Shown: in pieces, positions 1 through 9,311 of the stretch
Layout of the letters: every line of letters starts with the position of its first letter
How positions within the stretch are numbered: the stretch's first letter is position 1
Assembly: GCA_046735395.1 (NCBI GenBank)
Contig: JBJKQR010000062.1
Span: forward strand, 86,406 to 150,405
DNA length: 64,000 nt
Direction: 5' to 3'
Origin: Fidelibacterota bacterium
GTDB taxonomy: Bacteria > Fidelibacterota > Fidelibacteria > Fidelibacterales > DSDE01
The notes under the pieces: generated by a model
What the model was told of the DNA's origin: nothing
Database searches by the model: none
The model's input: the letters and a program-made list of their open reading frames with translations, nothing else
Translations under genes and position numbers: made by a program

Positions 1-1
1 G

Positions 2-445
2 AAGGTCTTCTTCACGGCGGCCGTCACCGGCATGCTCGGACTGCTCTATCTGAGCCTCTTCGGCTGGATAGATCTCAATCTGGTCTATGTCAATCCGCTC
101 TACATCTGGCCGACCATCGCCGGCGGCGTCATCATGGGGCTGGGCTTCATCATCGGCGGCTTCTGTCCCGGCACATCTGTCTGCGCTGCAGCCATCGGAA
201 AAATCGATGCCATGGTCTTCGTGGGAGGCATTTTTCTCGGCGTATTCAGCTTTGCCGAACTCTTTCCTCTCCTGAAACATTTTTACATGAGTGGAGAGAT
301 GGGCGCGGTAAAGGTTTTTGACAGCCTGGGCCTGCCAATGGGACTCTTCGTCCTGCTGATCACTGTCGTTGCGGCGCTGGCCTTCCTCGGCGCTGAAAAG
401 CTGGAAACCCTCCTCAGGAAAGGAGACTCTCATGAAGACGCGTAA
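2..445 (+). CDS. YeeE/YedE-family sulfur-compound (thiosulfate) transporter, C-terminal part. The 5' end runs off the window.
   Basis: The frame is open from nt 2. The sequence is a polytopic hydrophobic protein with the GGFCPGTS Cys-loop typical of YeeE/YedE. It overlaps the next gene by 14 nt. Confidence 0.6.
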   Translation, partial: KVFFTAAVTGMLGLLYLSLFGWIDLNLVYVNPLYIWPTIAGGVIMGLGFIIGGFCPGTSVCAAAIGKIDAMVFVGGIFLGVFSFAELFPLLKHFYMSGEMGAVKVFDSLGLPMGLFVLLITVVAALAFLGAEKLETLLRKGDSHEDA

Positions 446-1049
446 TGCCATTCTGTCTGCCCTGGTTTTCATGGCCCTGCTCATGGCCTTCATTCCCGCC
501 AATACGGTTCTGAAATTCCGGCTGACACCGGAAACCATGCTGAATGAAGTCGGTGAGTCCGTTTCCATGATTCATCCCGATCAGGTAGCGGCCATGATCA
601 TAGACAAGGATCCCTCCCTGCAGCTCATCGACCTGCGATCACCGGATGAATATGCGAAATTTCATCTGGACGGCGCCTACAATATCCCGCTGGCCCGCAT
701 CCTCGACAAGGACAACCTGCCCGTATTTGACCAGAATCTGAAAATCAATGTCCTCTACGGAAACGGGTCCACCATGCCCCAGAGTGCATGGATGCTGCTC
801 CGGCAGATGGGTTTCCGGAGTAATTACGTTCTGATGGGCGGACTGAATTACTGGACGGAAACCATCCTGAATCCGAAAAAACCGGGCAACCTGCAGGCAG
901 ATGATGAAATCGCCAAATATGATTTCCGCAAGGGTGCTTCCCAGCACTTCGGGGGCGCTCCGGCAGCTACCGCTCCCACGGAGACGGCCGCACCGAAAAT
1001 GCCCGTAATCAGAAAGAAAAAGAAATCAGCTCCCCAGGGAGGCTGTTGA
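432..1049 (+). CDS. Rhodanese-homology-domain protein with an N-terminal signal/anchor. The catalytic Cys is replaced, and the tail is Ala/Pro/Lys-rich and ends ...QGGC.
   Basis: An AGGAG RBS precedes the ATG at 432. LIDLRSPDEYAKFHLDGAYNIPL and the LMGGLNYW pattern match the rhodanese fold. The active-site loop reads VLYGNGSTM, with Leu where Cys is expected. Confidence 0.7.
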   Translation: MKTRNAILSALVFMALLMAFIPANTVLKFRLTPETMLNEVGESVSMIHPDQVAAMIIDKDPSLQLIDLRSPDEYAKFHLDGAYNIPLARILDKDNLPVFDQNLKINVLYGNGSTMPQSAWMLLRQMGFRSNYVLMGGLNYWTETILNPKKPGNLQADDEIAKYDFRKGASQHFGGAPAATAPTETAAPKMPVIRKKKKSAPQGGC

Positions 1050-1102
1050 CCTCACGGCCTCATCTCCGGATGACAGGCCATTTCTCCTGCCCTGGTTTGA
1101 AG

Positions 1103-1126
1103 AGCCCCCGAATCCGGGGGCTTTTT
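1103..1126 (+). terminator. Rho-independent terminator
   Basis: AGCCCCCG-aatc-CGGGGGCT hairpin followed by TTTTT. Confidence 0.6.
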
Positions 1127-1270
1127 CATTATCCGGTGTTTTTTATTTTGAAATCTTGCAACGCTTTCCTCGCCGGACTAATTGCGATGGATCTTCAGTC
1201 GCCGCGGGTGAAACACTATTCTATGGATTATTTCAGAACAATTATCGGATCTTGATTCCCTGGAATCTCA

Positions 1271-2428
1271 TCACAAATTCAGCTGTTTTTTAATTATGTC
1301 CCGGAGTTTATTCGGGTACAGTCCCGTGCTCGCATAAACGATCCGGCCCTGCGGACTGATCAGAAAATAGGTCGGGCTGGCCCACACATTGTACAATCCT
1401 GCCAGCTCCCTATTACCCAGCAGACAGGGATAGGTGATCTGATATTCCCGAATGTATTTTTTCATTCCCTCGGGATATATCCCATTCGTTTCGATTCCAA
1501 TGATTTTAAGCTGCATCTCAGAGTAGTGATGCCTGATCTCATTTATCACAGGAATGGAACTGATATGTCCACCGCAGCCGGCTGCAAAAAACTCCAGCAG
1601 GACAAATCGCCCCGAATAGTCGGATAAGGAAAATGGGTGTTCATCCGAATCCTGCAGCACCCAATTGACCGCATCGCTGTTTTCCATTTCAGATAACAGA
1701 ACCCGTTTTCTATCCCTAAATTCGTCATTGGAAAATATTGTGATCGAGGACGGAAAACGGTATTCACTCCAGATATCATCCGGCCTTTTTTCATTGATTA
1801 CCATATCAGAATACGACGTTTTCTCAGTATAGGTTTTCGTTACGCGTCCTAACTGCAGGGGCAGATAATTTGCCCTGTCTATGATTATTTCGATATAATC
1901 GGTTAATTTCTGCCGGGGCATCACCTGAATATCATCTGTCTGTGCAAACTTCAGACTCCGGCAGGGCCGGGAATGAATCAGGGTATCGGATAGGCGGACA
2001 TCATTAAATAAATGCTGATCCAGAGTTTCCAATAGCTGTTTTATTCTGAGCATGGACCCGCTTACATGATAAATACTCCACAGATCCCGGGGGCTTTTTA
2101 CAGGGTCTGTCACCAGATATTCCTGATCGGGGTAATAGGACATAAGGTTTTTTCCGTTATAGACTAAGATTGCCGGATCTGTCTCCCGCGAGCTGCTATC
2201 AAACTCAAATTTTGCACCGATTATCGTGTCTTCGCGAGTCATCTCAAAATACATTTTAACGACATCGGTGGAAGCGTCCTGATAACGGCCTTTAATAAAG
2301 TGATGGGATGTGTAGGCAAGGGTCTGAATCTCTGACAATTTATCCCGAGTCCGGCGGATCACTTCATCCGCCGTCTGACTGAAGAGAGAAAAATGCAGGA
2401 TGAGCAGAAGCGAAACGAAACGAATCAT
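1271..2428 (-). CDS. TlpA/redoxin-like thioredoxin-fold protein with a long N-terminal (LolA-like?) domain. The CXXC motif is degenerate (CGGH).
   Basis: It has a signal peptide. The C-terminal 130 aa match the TlpA/ResA pattern (FVLLEFFAAGCGGH ... ASPTYFLISPQGRIVY). By eye the gene has lower GC than its neighbours. Confidence 0.55.
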   Translation of the reverse strand: MIRFVSLLLILHFSLFSQTADEVIRRTRDKLSEIQTLAYTSHHFIKGRYQDASTDVVKMYFEMTREDTIIGAKFEFDSSSRETDPAILVYNGKNLMSYYPDQEYLVTDPVKSPRDLWSIYHVSGSMLRIKQLLETLDQHLFNDVRLSDTLIHSRPCRSLKFAQTDDIQVMPRQKLTDYIEIIIDRANYLPLQLGRVTKTYTEKTSYSDMVINEKRPDDIWSEYRFPSSITIFSNDEFRDRKRVLLSEMENSDAVNWVLQDSDEHPFSLSDYSGRFVLLEFFAAGCGGHISSIPVINEIRHHYSEMQLKIIGIETNGIYPEGMKKYIREYQITYPCLLGNRELAGLYNVWASPTYFLISPQGRIVYASTGLYPNKLRDIIKKQLNL

Positions 2429-2919
2429 GATAGCCCCTTATTGATCAGTGTTATGCGATTTCCCTTTATCCGATTTCATTCAGCCGTATTTACCATATAT
2501 TCATTATTATTTCAGAGAGTGATCATAGCCCTGATTTCGGAAACATGATATCAGGATTACGGCGAAGCGGAATACCGGCATATAAGGTGAAAACACTCTT
2601 CGGGTCATAGACGCTTCCTTATCTGTCTATGCACACAATTCCGTGCAGAATTCTGAATAACGTGTGAATATATTTTTTCCGGAATTTGTATCCAAGTAAA
2701 AAATGAACGGGCGGGTTTGCCATGGACGAGCGGAATTTATTTTTCTGACATTCTTTGTAGGGCCAATTATGATACCACGTACAGTTTTTTCCCCGCAACC
2801 TCTGAACTTCTCAACTTCTCAACCTCTAATATTTTTGTTTTACCCGGTCCCTGATTTCCGTATATTTTGGTCCCGGAAAATAGATTTATACCTTGCCCGA
2901 CCCCTTAGGCAAAAGTTGG

Positions 2920-2948
2920 TTGACAATCTGAATTGAAAGAGATATATT
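2920..2948 (+). promoter_or_regulatory. Sigma-70-type promoter for the rplM operon
   Basis: TTGACA, 17 nt spacer, TATATT, about 50 nt upstream of the rplM start. Confidence 0.5.
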
Positions 2949-2999
2949 TATCGGCTCTTCGAGTGAAGGGCAAAACATTGCAAAACGGAGGTTAAGGAT

Positions 3000-3431
3000 T
3001 TGAAGACATATTCCGCCAAACCATCAGACATCAACCCGGAGTGGCTGCTTGTCGATGCTGAAGGTGTTCCCCTTGGGCGGCTGGCAAGCAAGATCGCCCA
3101 GCTCCTGCGAGGAAAGCACAAGCCAATTTTCACTCCTCACATGGATACGGGAGACTTTGTTATTGTCATCAACGCGGACAAAGTCCGCTTGAGCGGCAAC
3201 AAAGCTGAGAGCAAAACATATTTTCGCCATACGGGATATCCCGGCGGTGCACGGTTCACGTCCTACAAGGAAATGATGGAAAAGGCACCCACACGGATTA
3301 TCGAACACGCTGTGAAAGGGATGCTTCCCCACAACCGTCTGGGTCGTCAGGTCATCAAGAAACTGAAAATCTATGCCGGCGCCGAACATCCTCATGAGGC
3401 ACAGCAACCCAAAACCCTGGAAACCCTTTAG
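3000..3431 (+). CDS. rplM: 50S ribosomal protein L13
   Basis: TTG start after a GGAGG RBS. The sequence is a full-length L13 ([16 protein letters not shown]..., [10 protein letters not shown]). Confidence 0.95.
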   Translation: MKTYSAKPSDINPEWLLVDAEGVPLGRLASKIAQLLRGKHKPIFTPHMDTGDFVIVINADKVRLSGNKAESKTYFRHTGYPGGARFTSYKEMMEKAPTRIIEHAVKGMLPHNRLGRQVIKKLKIYAGAEHPHEAQQPKTLETL

Positions 3432-3443
3432 GAGTATGGTGAT

Positions 3444-3833
3444 ATGGTAAAAGAATATACAAGTATCGGACGCCGTAAATCTGCCACCGCCCGCGTCAGA
3501 ATGAAAAGCGGCAACGGACAGATCATTGTCAACAAGCGTCCATTGGAAGTTTATTTCGGACGGCAGACATCACAGATGATTATTCGGCAGCCTCTGGAAC
3601 TCACCGGAATGATGAACAAATTTGACATTCACGTCAATGTCAAAGGCGGCGGACTGACCGGCCAGGCCGGAGCAGTCAAACACGGTATCAGCCGGGCCCT
3701 TCTGCAGGTGGATCCTGAACTGCGGGCTATCCTGAAGAGCAACGGGTTCCTGACACGCGATGCCAGAAAAGTCGAACGCAAGAAGTACGGTTTACGTGGT
3801 GCCCGCCGCGCATTCCAGTTCTCGAAACGTTAA
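3444..3833 (+). CDS. rpsI: 30S ribosomal protein S9
   Basis: [10 protein letters not shown] ... the C-terminus RRAFQFSKR is canonical S9. Confidence 0.95.
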   Translation: MVKEYTSIGRRKSATARVRMKSGNGQIIVNKRPLEVYFGRQTSQMIIRQPLELTGMMNKFDIHVNVKGGGLTGQAGAVKHGISRALLQVDPELRAILKSNGFLTRDARKVERKKYGLRGARRAFQFSKR

Positions 3834-3857
3834 TCCGAACTGCAATTGGAGAATTGA

Positions 3858-4670
3858 ATGGAAAAAATTACTGTAGACAGTTTACTGGCAACGGGAGCCC
3901 ATTTCGGCCATCTGACCAGCAAGTGGAATCCGGCCATGAAGGACTATATATTCACGAAGAAAAACGGCATTCATATCATCGACCTGAAACAGACGGTTCA
4001 GGCTGTTGAACGGGCTGCCGGATTTCTGCACGACATCGTTCGCAACGGCGGCGAAGTTCTGTATCTGGGAACGAAGAAACAGGCCAAGAGCATCATCGAA
4101 GACGAAGCTCTGCGCGGCAATATCTTCTTTATCACAGAACGCTGGCTGGGTGGTACGCTGACCAACTTCGTCACCATCAAGCGCAGCATCCGACGTCTGG
4201 AACAGCTGCAGAAGGAAAGTGAAGCGGAAGATGCATGGAAGAGCCTGACCAAGAAGGAAATTCTCGGCATGCTCCGTGAGAAGGCAAAACTGGAACTGCT
4301 GCATCGCGGCATCAAGAACATGAAACGCCTTCCTGACGTCATCTTCATCGTGGACAGCGTCTATGAAAGCACGGCGATTCATGAAGCACGGCGTCTGGAC
4401 ATTCCGATCATCGCCATCACCGACACCAATGCAAATCCCAAGGATGTGGATTTTGCCATTCCCGCCAACGATGATTCCTACCGGACCATTCAGCTGATCA
4501 CAAAGATGCTGACCGACACGATCATGGCTGCCCGCAATTTCTCACGCAAGGGAAATACGGAAGCCGAGGAAGCTGAAGTGGAGGCCGTGGCCGCAGCACC
4601 CGTCGCAGCACCGGCCGAAGCAGCTGCAGACAAAGCAGCCGCCCCCGAATCAGACGAAAAGAACTCATAA
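3858..4670 (+). CDS. rpsB: 30S ribosomal protein S2, with an Ala/Glu/Pro-rich C-terminal tail
   Basis: LLATGAHFGH and RWLGGTLTNF are S2 signatures. Confidence 0.95.
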   Translation: MEKITVDSLLATGAHFGHLTSKWNPAMKDYIFTKKNGIHIIDLKQTVQAVERAAGFLHDIVRNGGEVLYLGTKKQAKSIIEDEALRGNIFFITERWLGGTLTNFVTIKRSIRRLEQLQKESEAEDAWKSLTKKEILGMLREKAKLELLHRGIKNMKRLPDVIFIVDSVYESTAIHEARRLDIPIIAITDTNANPKDVDFAIPANDDSYRTIQLITKMLTDTIMAARNFSRKGNTEAEEAEVEAVAAAPVAAPAEAAADKAAAPESDEKNS

Positions 4671-4696
4671 TATTTTAATAGACTACAGGAGAACTC

Positions 4697-5296
4697 ATGC
4701 AAATTTCCGCAACCATGGTCAAGGAATTGCGCGACCGAACCGGTGCAGGCATGATGGACTGCAAAAAGGCATTAACAGAAACCCAGGGAGACATTGACAA
4801 GGCGATCGAATTTCTTCGGAAATCCGGAATTGCCAAGGCGGAAAAGAAAGCTGACCGTCAGGCAAAAGAAGGCGCCATCTTCTCCTACATTCACCCCGGA
4901 AACAAACTGGGCGCCCTGGTGGAAATCAATTGCGAAACCGACTTCGTGGCCAATACGGACAAGTTCCTCGGATTTGTGAAGGATATCGCCATGCAGGTTG
5001 CTGCCAGCTCACCCGTTACCGTCTCCCGCGACCAGGTCCCGGAAGACCTCATTGAACGGGAAAAGGCCATTTACAAGGAACAGGCGATGAAGGAAGGAAA
5101 ACCGGAAAACATCGCTGAAAAAATGGTTTCAGGCCGCCTGGAAAAATACTACAAGGAAGCCGTGCTTCTGGAACAGCCCTTTTTCAAGGATCCTGACAAG
5201 AACATCGAGACCTACCTGAAGGAAACCATCGGTGCCCTCGGTGAAAATATCACCATCACCCGTTTCTCACGCTTTGCCCTCGGTGAAAGTTTCTGA
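4697..5296 (+). CDS. tsf: Elongation factor Ts (short ~200 aa form)
   Basis: [19 protein letters not shown] and the [10 protein letters not shown] motifs. Confidence 0.95.
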   Translation: MQISATMVKELRDRTGAGMMDCKKALTETQGDIDKAIEFLRKSGIAKAEKKADRQAKEGAIFSYIHPGNKLGALVEINCETDFVANTDKFLGFVKDIAMQVAASSPVTVSRDQVPEDLIEREKAIYKEQAMKEGKPENIAEKMVSGRLEKYYKEAVLLEQPFFKDPDKNIETYLKETIGALGENITITRFSRFALGESF

Positions 5297-5321
5297 TCAC
5301 TTTCGGACATAAATCTCAAAA

Positions 5322-5350
5322 CTCCGGCCTGATCGCCGGAGTTTTTTTTT
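5322..5350 (+). terminator. Rho-independent terminator after tsf
   Basis: CTCCGGC-ctgatc-GCCGGAG hairpin followed by a T9 run. Confidence 0.7.
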
Positions 5351-5426
5351 ACCGATACTTTTAATTTTCATAAAAATTCCTTAAGATTGGCCAAATTCAA
5401 ATAAGCACAGCAAGGAGAGGCTTCTT

Positions 5427-5984
5427 ATGTTGGACGAATTATATCTGGAAAGTGAAGAGATGATGCAGAAGGCCGTGGATCATCTGAAACATGAATTTTC
5501 TGCCCTGCGCACCGGCAGAGCATCCACCGGACTGCTTGAGCACATCAAAGTCAGTTATTACGGAAGCCTTACCCCCCTGAACCAGGTTGCAAACGTCAAT
5601 ATACCGGAAGCCCGCCTCATCGTCATCCAGCCCTGGGAAAAAAATATGCTCAGCGTGATTGAAAAAGCCATCCAGGCCAGTGATCTGGGCCTGAATCCCA
5701 TCAATGACGGCCAGACGGTTCGCGTCCCCATTCCGGCCATGACCGATGAACGCCGCCACGAACTGGTGAAAATTGTCCACAAGATGACTGAAGATGGCCG
5801 GATATCTGTTCGGAACACGCGCCGTGACGCCAATGAAAATATCAAGAAGGCGGAGAAATCCGGGGATGTTTCGAAGGATTCAGCTGCCGATGGCCTCGAT
5901 GAAATTCAGAAAATGACAGATTCCTACATTGAAAAACTGGAAACCCTGATGAAGCACAAGGAAAAGGAGATTCTCGAAGACTGA
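5427..5984 (+). CDS. frr: Ribosome recycling factor
   Basis: Full-length RRF pattern (LRTGRAS, VxYYG, PIPxxTxERR). Confidence 0.95.
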   Translation: MLDELYLESEEMMQKAVDHLKHEFSALRTGRASTGLLEHIKVSYYGSLTPLNQVANVNIPEARLIVIQPWEKNMLSVIEKAIQASDLGLNPINDGQTVRVPIPAMTDERRHELVKIVHKMTEDGRISVRNTRRDANENIKKAEKSGDVSKDSAADGLDEIQKMTDSYIEKLETLMKHKEKEILED

Positions 5985-6326
5985 TATGTCCTCTCCGGTC
6001 CCTTTCTCTTTTTTTTAATATTTTTCTGCCGATACATTGCGGAAGTCCTATGCATGAAATCAACGCCGGTCTGAGTCAAGACACGTGATACTGTATTCGT
6101 ACCCATCATTATTTTAATCGGAAACGCTCCGCTGTGCGTAAAACGGATTATCACTGATTTTCTCCCGTTGCTTTACTTTTCTGCGCCTCAGCGTTGATAT
6201 TTTTTTATCACTTTGGTACGGAATTATAATTTCGTACTCATTTTGTGTAGTAAATTCTTTATCAGAACGACTTTGTCCACGGATTTCCTTCAATTAGGGC
6301 AGAAACAAAAACGAGGAGAAACAGTC

Positions 6327-7391
6327 ATGAAATCATTAAAGTTCGGAATCAGTATTCTCATGCTGCTTGCCCTGTGCAGCCTGACAGCTACAGCCGAAAC
6401 CCTTCACAAGGAATTTGACGGAACGAAAACCGTATCGATGGACGGAGCGTCGGGAGACTGGACCATCAAATCCCACAGAGGAAAGAATATCATTATTGAT
6501 GTCGTCTACGATGACAATCTCAAAGATATTGTGGATTTCAAATTCCGTGAAAGTTCCGGAAAGCTGACGATTGAGGAAGATATGCGCAGAAGCCATAACT
6601 GGAGCGGTTCAATCAAGTGGACGGTGCTTCTGCCCGCTGAAACGGATGTGGAACTGCACACAGCCTCCGGTGACGTCGATTTTCAGGAGGTGAACGGAGA
6701 TCTGGAAATTTCCGTTGCATCCGGGGACATTCAGATCCGCAATCATGCCGGCGACATGGATCTGAAATCTGCTTCCGGTGATATCAGCGTCCGGGAAAGC
6801 CAGGGCAACGGAAGTATTTCGACGGCCAGCGGTGATGTCACCCTGATCAACCTGCCCGGTGATCTGAATATTTCCACCGCCAGTGGTGATGTGGACGCAG
6901 AAGGATTGAAGGGAAGCGTCAAATGTTCCACCGCCAGCGGAGACATCCAGCTGAAGAAATCCACGGTTGAGCTGAAAGGTTCGACGGCCTCCGGAAATAT
7001 CAACGGACGGGAAGTGAGCGGCAGCGTTTCCGCCAGCACGGCCAGCGGCGATGTGGAGATGGAACGCCTGTCGCTGACGGGATCTGCAAAATTCAGCACG
7101 GCCAGCGGAGATATTTCCCTCAGCATGGGCAGTGATATGAAAAACGATTTGACAGCAAAAACAGCCAGCGGAGATATTACACTGGACCTGAACCGGAACA
7201 GCTTCAAAGGCAGCATCGAAGCTACTGTTCGAACCGGCGCGTCCTATTTCCGTTCCGACCTGAAGTTTACGGAAACGGACAGCTTCACACGGGATGGCAG
7301 GGATTATCACGTGCTCAGCTGTAAGATGGGCAATGACGCTTCCAGCATCACCATGAATACCTACAGCGGCCAGGTCAAGCTCAGCAAATAA
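6327..7391 (+). CDS. Secreted DUF4097-type 'putative adhesin' beta-helix repeat protein
   Basis: A GAGGAG RBS precedes the ATG at 6327. It has a signal peptide. About 12 copies of the (S/T)ASGD(I/V) unit recur roughly every 19-20 aa. Confidence 0.7.
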   Translation: MKSLKFGISILMLLALCSLTATAETLHKEFDGTKTVSMDGASGDWTIKSHRGKNIIIDVVYDDNLKDIVDFKFRESSGKLTIEEDMRRSHNWSGSIKWTVLLPAETDVELHTASGDVDFQEVNGDLEISVASGDIQIRNHAGDMDLKSASGDISVRESQGNGSISTASGDVTLINLPGDLNISTASGDVDAEGLKGSVKCSTASGDIQLKKSTVELKGSTASGNINGREVSGSVSASTASGDVEMERLSLTGSAKFSTASGDISLSMGSDMKNDLTAKTASGDITLDLNRNSFKGSIEATVRTGASYFRSDLKFTETDSFTRDGRDYHVLSCKMGNDASSITMNTYSGQVKLSK

Positions 7392-7422
7392 TCGAAATCC
7401 CCGCTTATCCCTTTTAATAAAA

Positions 7423-7447
7423 AGCCTGCTTCGATGCAGGCTTTTTT
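7423..7447 (+). terminator. Rho-independent terminator
   Basis: AGCCTGC-ttcgat-GCAGGCT hairpin followed by T6. Confidence 0.7.
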
Positions 7448-7490
7448 GATTTCAGCAGATCGGATTTGCGGATGAAAGAGCTGTTTAATA

Positions 7491-9311
7491 ATGCTATATT
7501 ACGGGGAAAAACCGGAGTCGACATTGGTCCAGAAAATACAGCTACTTCCTGACGACCTCTGCAATAAGATCGCAGCCGGTGAAGTCATACAGCGCCCATC
7601 CTCGGTCATCAAGGAACTGGTGGAAAACAGTATTGATGCCGGAGCCGACGACATTCAGGTCATCATCAGAGGCGGCGGGCGAGACGAGATCCGCATCAGT
7701 GACAATGGTGAGGGCATGAGCGGCGATGACCTGCTTCTGGCCTTTGAACGGCACGCCACCAGCAAGATCCGGGAATTCGCTGATCTGGATACACTTCGGA
7801 GCATGGGTTTCCGCGGTGAAGCGCTGGCCAGTATCGCCGGCATCGCTCAGGTGGAAACCCGCAGCAGCCGCGAAGACGGAAACGGAAACCGCCTGCGGAT
7901 TGAGGGTGGTAAAATCACCGACTTTTCTCCCTTTTCCTGCGCAAAAGGAACGGACTTCACGATTCGACATCTTTTCTATAATGTTCCGGCCCGTAAAAAA
8001 TTCCTCAAGGATGAAGCGACCGAGTACCGCAGCTGTCTCGACACAGTCCGGCGCTTTGCCCTGGCCTGGCCGTCCATCCGCTTTACCTTCATTCACAATG
8101 ACCGGGAAGTATTCCGGTTTACTGAGGACGAAGCACAGCGGCGCATCGCAGCCCTGTTCGGACACCGCCACGCGGAGCGTCTGCAGAGACTGGATTATGA
8201 CCACGGTGATCTGAGTATCCACGGATACCTGGGTGATCCGGAACTGTCCCGCAGCCGGACTTCGGACCAGTTTATTTTCATTAATCACCGGATCATCATG
8301 GACCGCCGGCTGAACGGGGTCATCTATTCCGGATACAGTGATGTCCTTGAGCGGGGCCAATATCCCTTTTTTCTTCTGGACATTTCCCTGCCCCCCGGTG
8401 AAATTGACGTCAATGTACACCCCACTAAATCTGAAATAAAATTCAGGCATGAACATGCCTTGTTCGAAACTCTGAAAAACGTTGTGAAAAGCGGACTGAG
8501 AACCTTTCTGAAAGCGGACGCAGCCGAAGCGGAGACGCATTCGGAGCACAGCACCCAGGACTCATTTCCCCGGGATGGCGGTCATCCCCAATTTCAGCCC
8601 CGGGCCGCATCCCGGCAGATGTCGCTGGATTCATTTCCGAAGAATCAGCATTCCTCCGATTTTCAGAAGGACATGAATATCGAAAAGCGGCTGGCCCTGT
8701 TTGACAGCAGCCTGAACACTGCGCCATCCTCGGAAAGCAGCCTCCCTGACGCTCATCTGTGGCAGGCGCACAACCAATTTATCTTTGCGCAGGTCAGCAG
8801 CGGTGTGGTGGTCGTGGATCAGCATCTCGCCCATACGCGCGTTCTCTATGACAAGGCGCTGAAGACTCTGGAAAATTCCCGCCCGAAGGGGAATGCGCAG
8901 CAATTGCTGTTTCCCCTGACTCTGGATATGAATCCCATGGATTTTTCCGTTCTTCTGGAAATTATTCCTTCCCTGGAAAAACTGGGATTCGGACTGCGCG
9001 CCTTCGGAAAGAATTCGGTCATCATTGATGCCGTACCGGTGGATGCCCGTTTTGTGGATGAAGGCAGGCTGCTTCTGAATATCCTCGACGACTATAAGGA
9101 ATGGACAGGAAAAAAGAACCCCCTCATGCACAGCCTGGCCCTGGCCTTTTCAGAAAAAACCGCCATACGCCGGGGTGACAAACTGAGCCTCGCGGAAATG
9201 CAGAGCCTCATCGACACCCTGTTTTCCTCGGAAAACCCCTATTATTCTCCGCGCGGCAAAACCATTATCATCAATTTCAGCCTGCGCGAACTCGGATCGC
9301 GCTTCAACTGA
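7491..9311 (+). CDS. mutL: DNA mismatch repair protein MutL (endonuclease motifs degenerate, see findings)
   Basis: The N-terminal GHKL ATPase motifs are present (IAAGEV, ELVENSIDAG, DNGEGM, GFRGEAL). A C-terminal dimerisation domain is present. The exact start is uncertain. Confidence 0.9.
   Translation: MLYYGEKPESTLVQKIQLLPDDLCNKIAAGEVIQRPSSVIKELVENSIDAGADDIQVIIRGGGRDEIRISDNGEGMSGDDLLLAFERHATSKIREFADLDTLRSMGFRGEALASIAGIAQVETRSSREDGNGNRLRIEGGKITDFSPFSCAKGTDFTIRHLFYNVPARKKFLKDEATEYRSCLDTVRRFALAWPSIRFTFIHNDREVFRFTEDEAQRRIAALFGHRHAERLQRLDYDHGDLSIHGYLGDPELSRSRTSDQFIFINHRIIMDRRLNGVIYSGYSDVLERGQYPFFLLDISLPPGEIDVNVHPTKSEIKFRHEHALFETLKNVVKSGLRTFLKADAAEAETHSEHSTQDSFPRDGGHPQFQPRAASRQMSLDSFPKNQHSSDFQKDMNIEKRLALFDSSLNTAPSSESSLPDAHLWQAHNQFIFAQVSSGVVVVDQHLAHTRVLYDKALKTLENSRPKGNAQQLLFPLTLDMNPMDFSVLLEIIPSLEKLGFGLRAFGKNSVIIDAVPVDARFVDEGRLLLNILDDYKEWTGKKNPLMHSLALAFSEKTAIRRGDKLSLAEMQSLIDTLFSSENPYYSPRGKTIIINFSLRELGSRFN

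Noticed and set aside
2805-2827. Short tandem repeat aacttctc-aacttctc-aacctct in the rplM upstream region.
   Set aside because: Only about 2.9 copies of 8 nt, with no flanking structure. It is most likely chance or slippage.
5297-5426. Missing pyrH between tsf and frr (the usual order is rpsB-tsf-pyrH-frr).
   Set aside because: The 130-nt gap contains a clean terminator and no ORF remnant. The absence is probably lineage-specific gene order, not a deletion scar.
6609-7310. 233-aa and 157-aa antisense ORFs inside the DUF4097 gene.
   Set aside because: They are artefacts of the sense-strand repeat and codon bias. The sense gene has an RBS, a signal peptide and a terminator.
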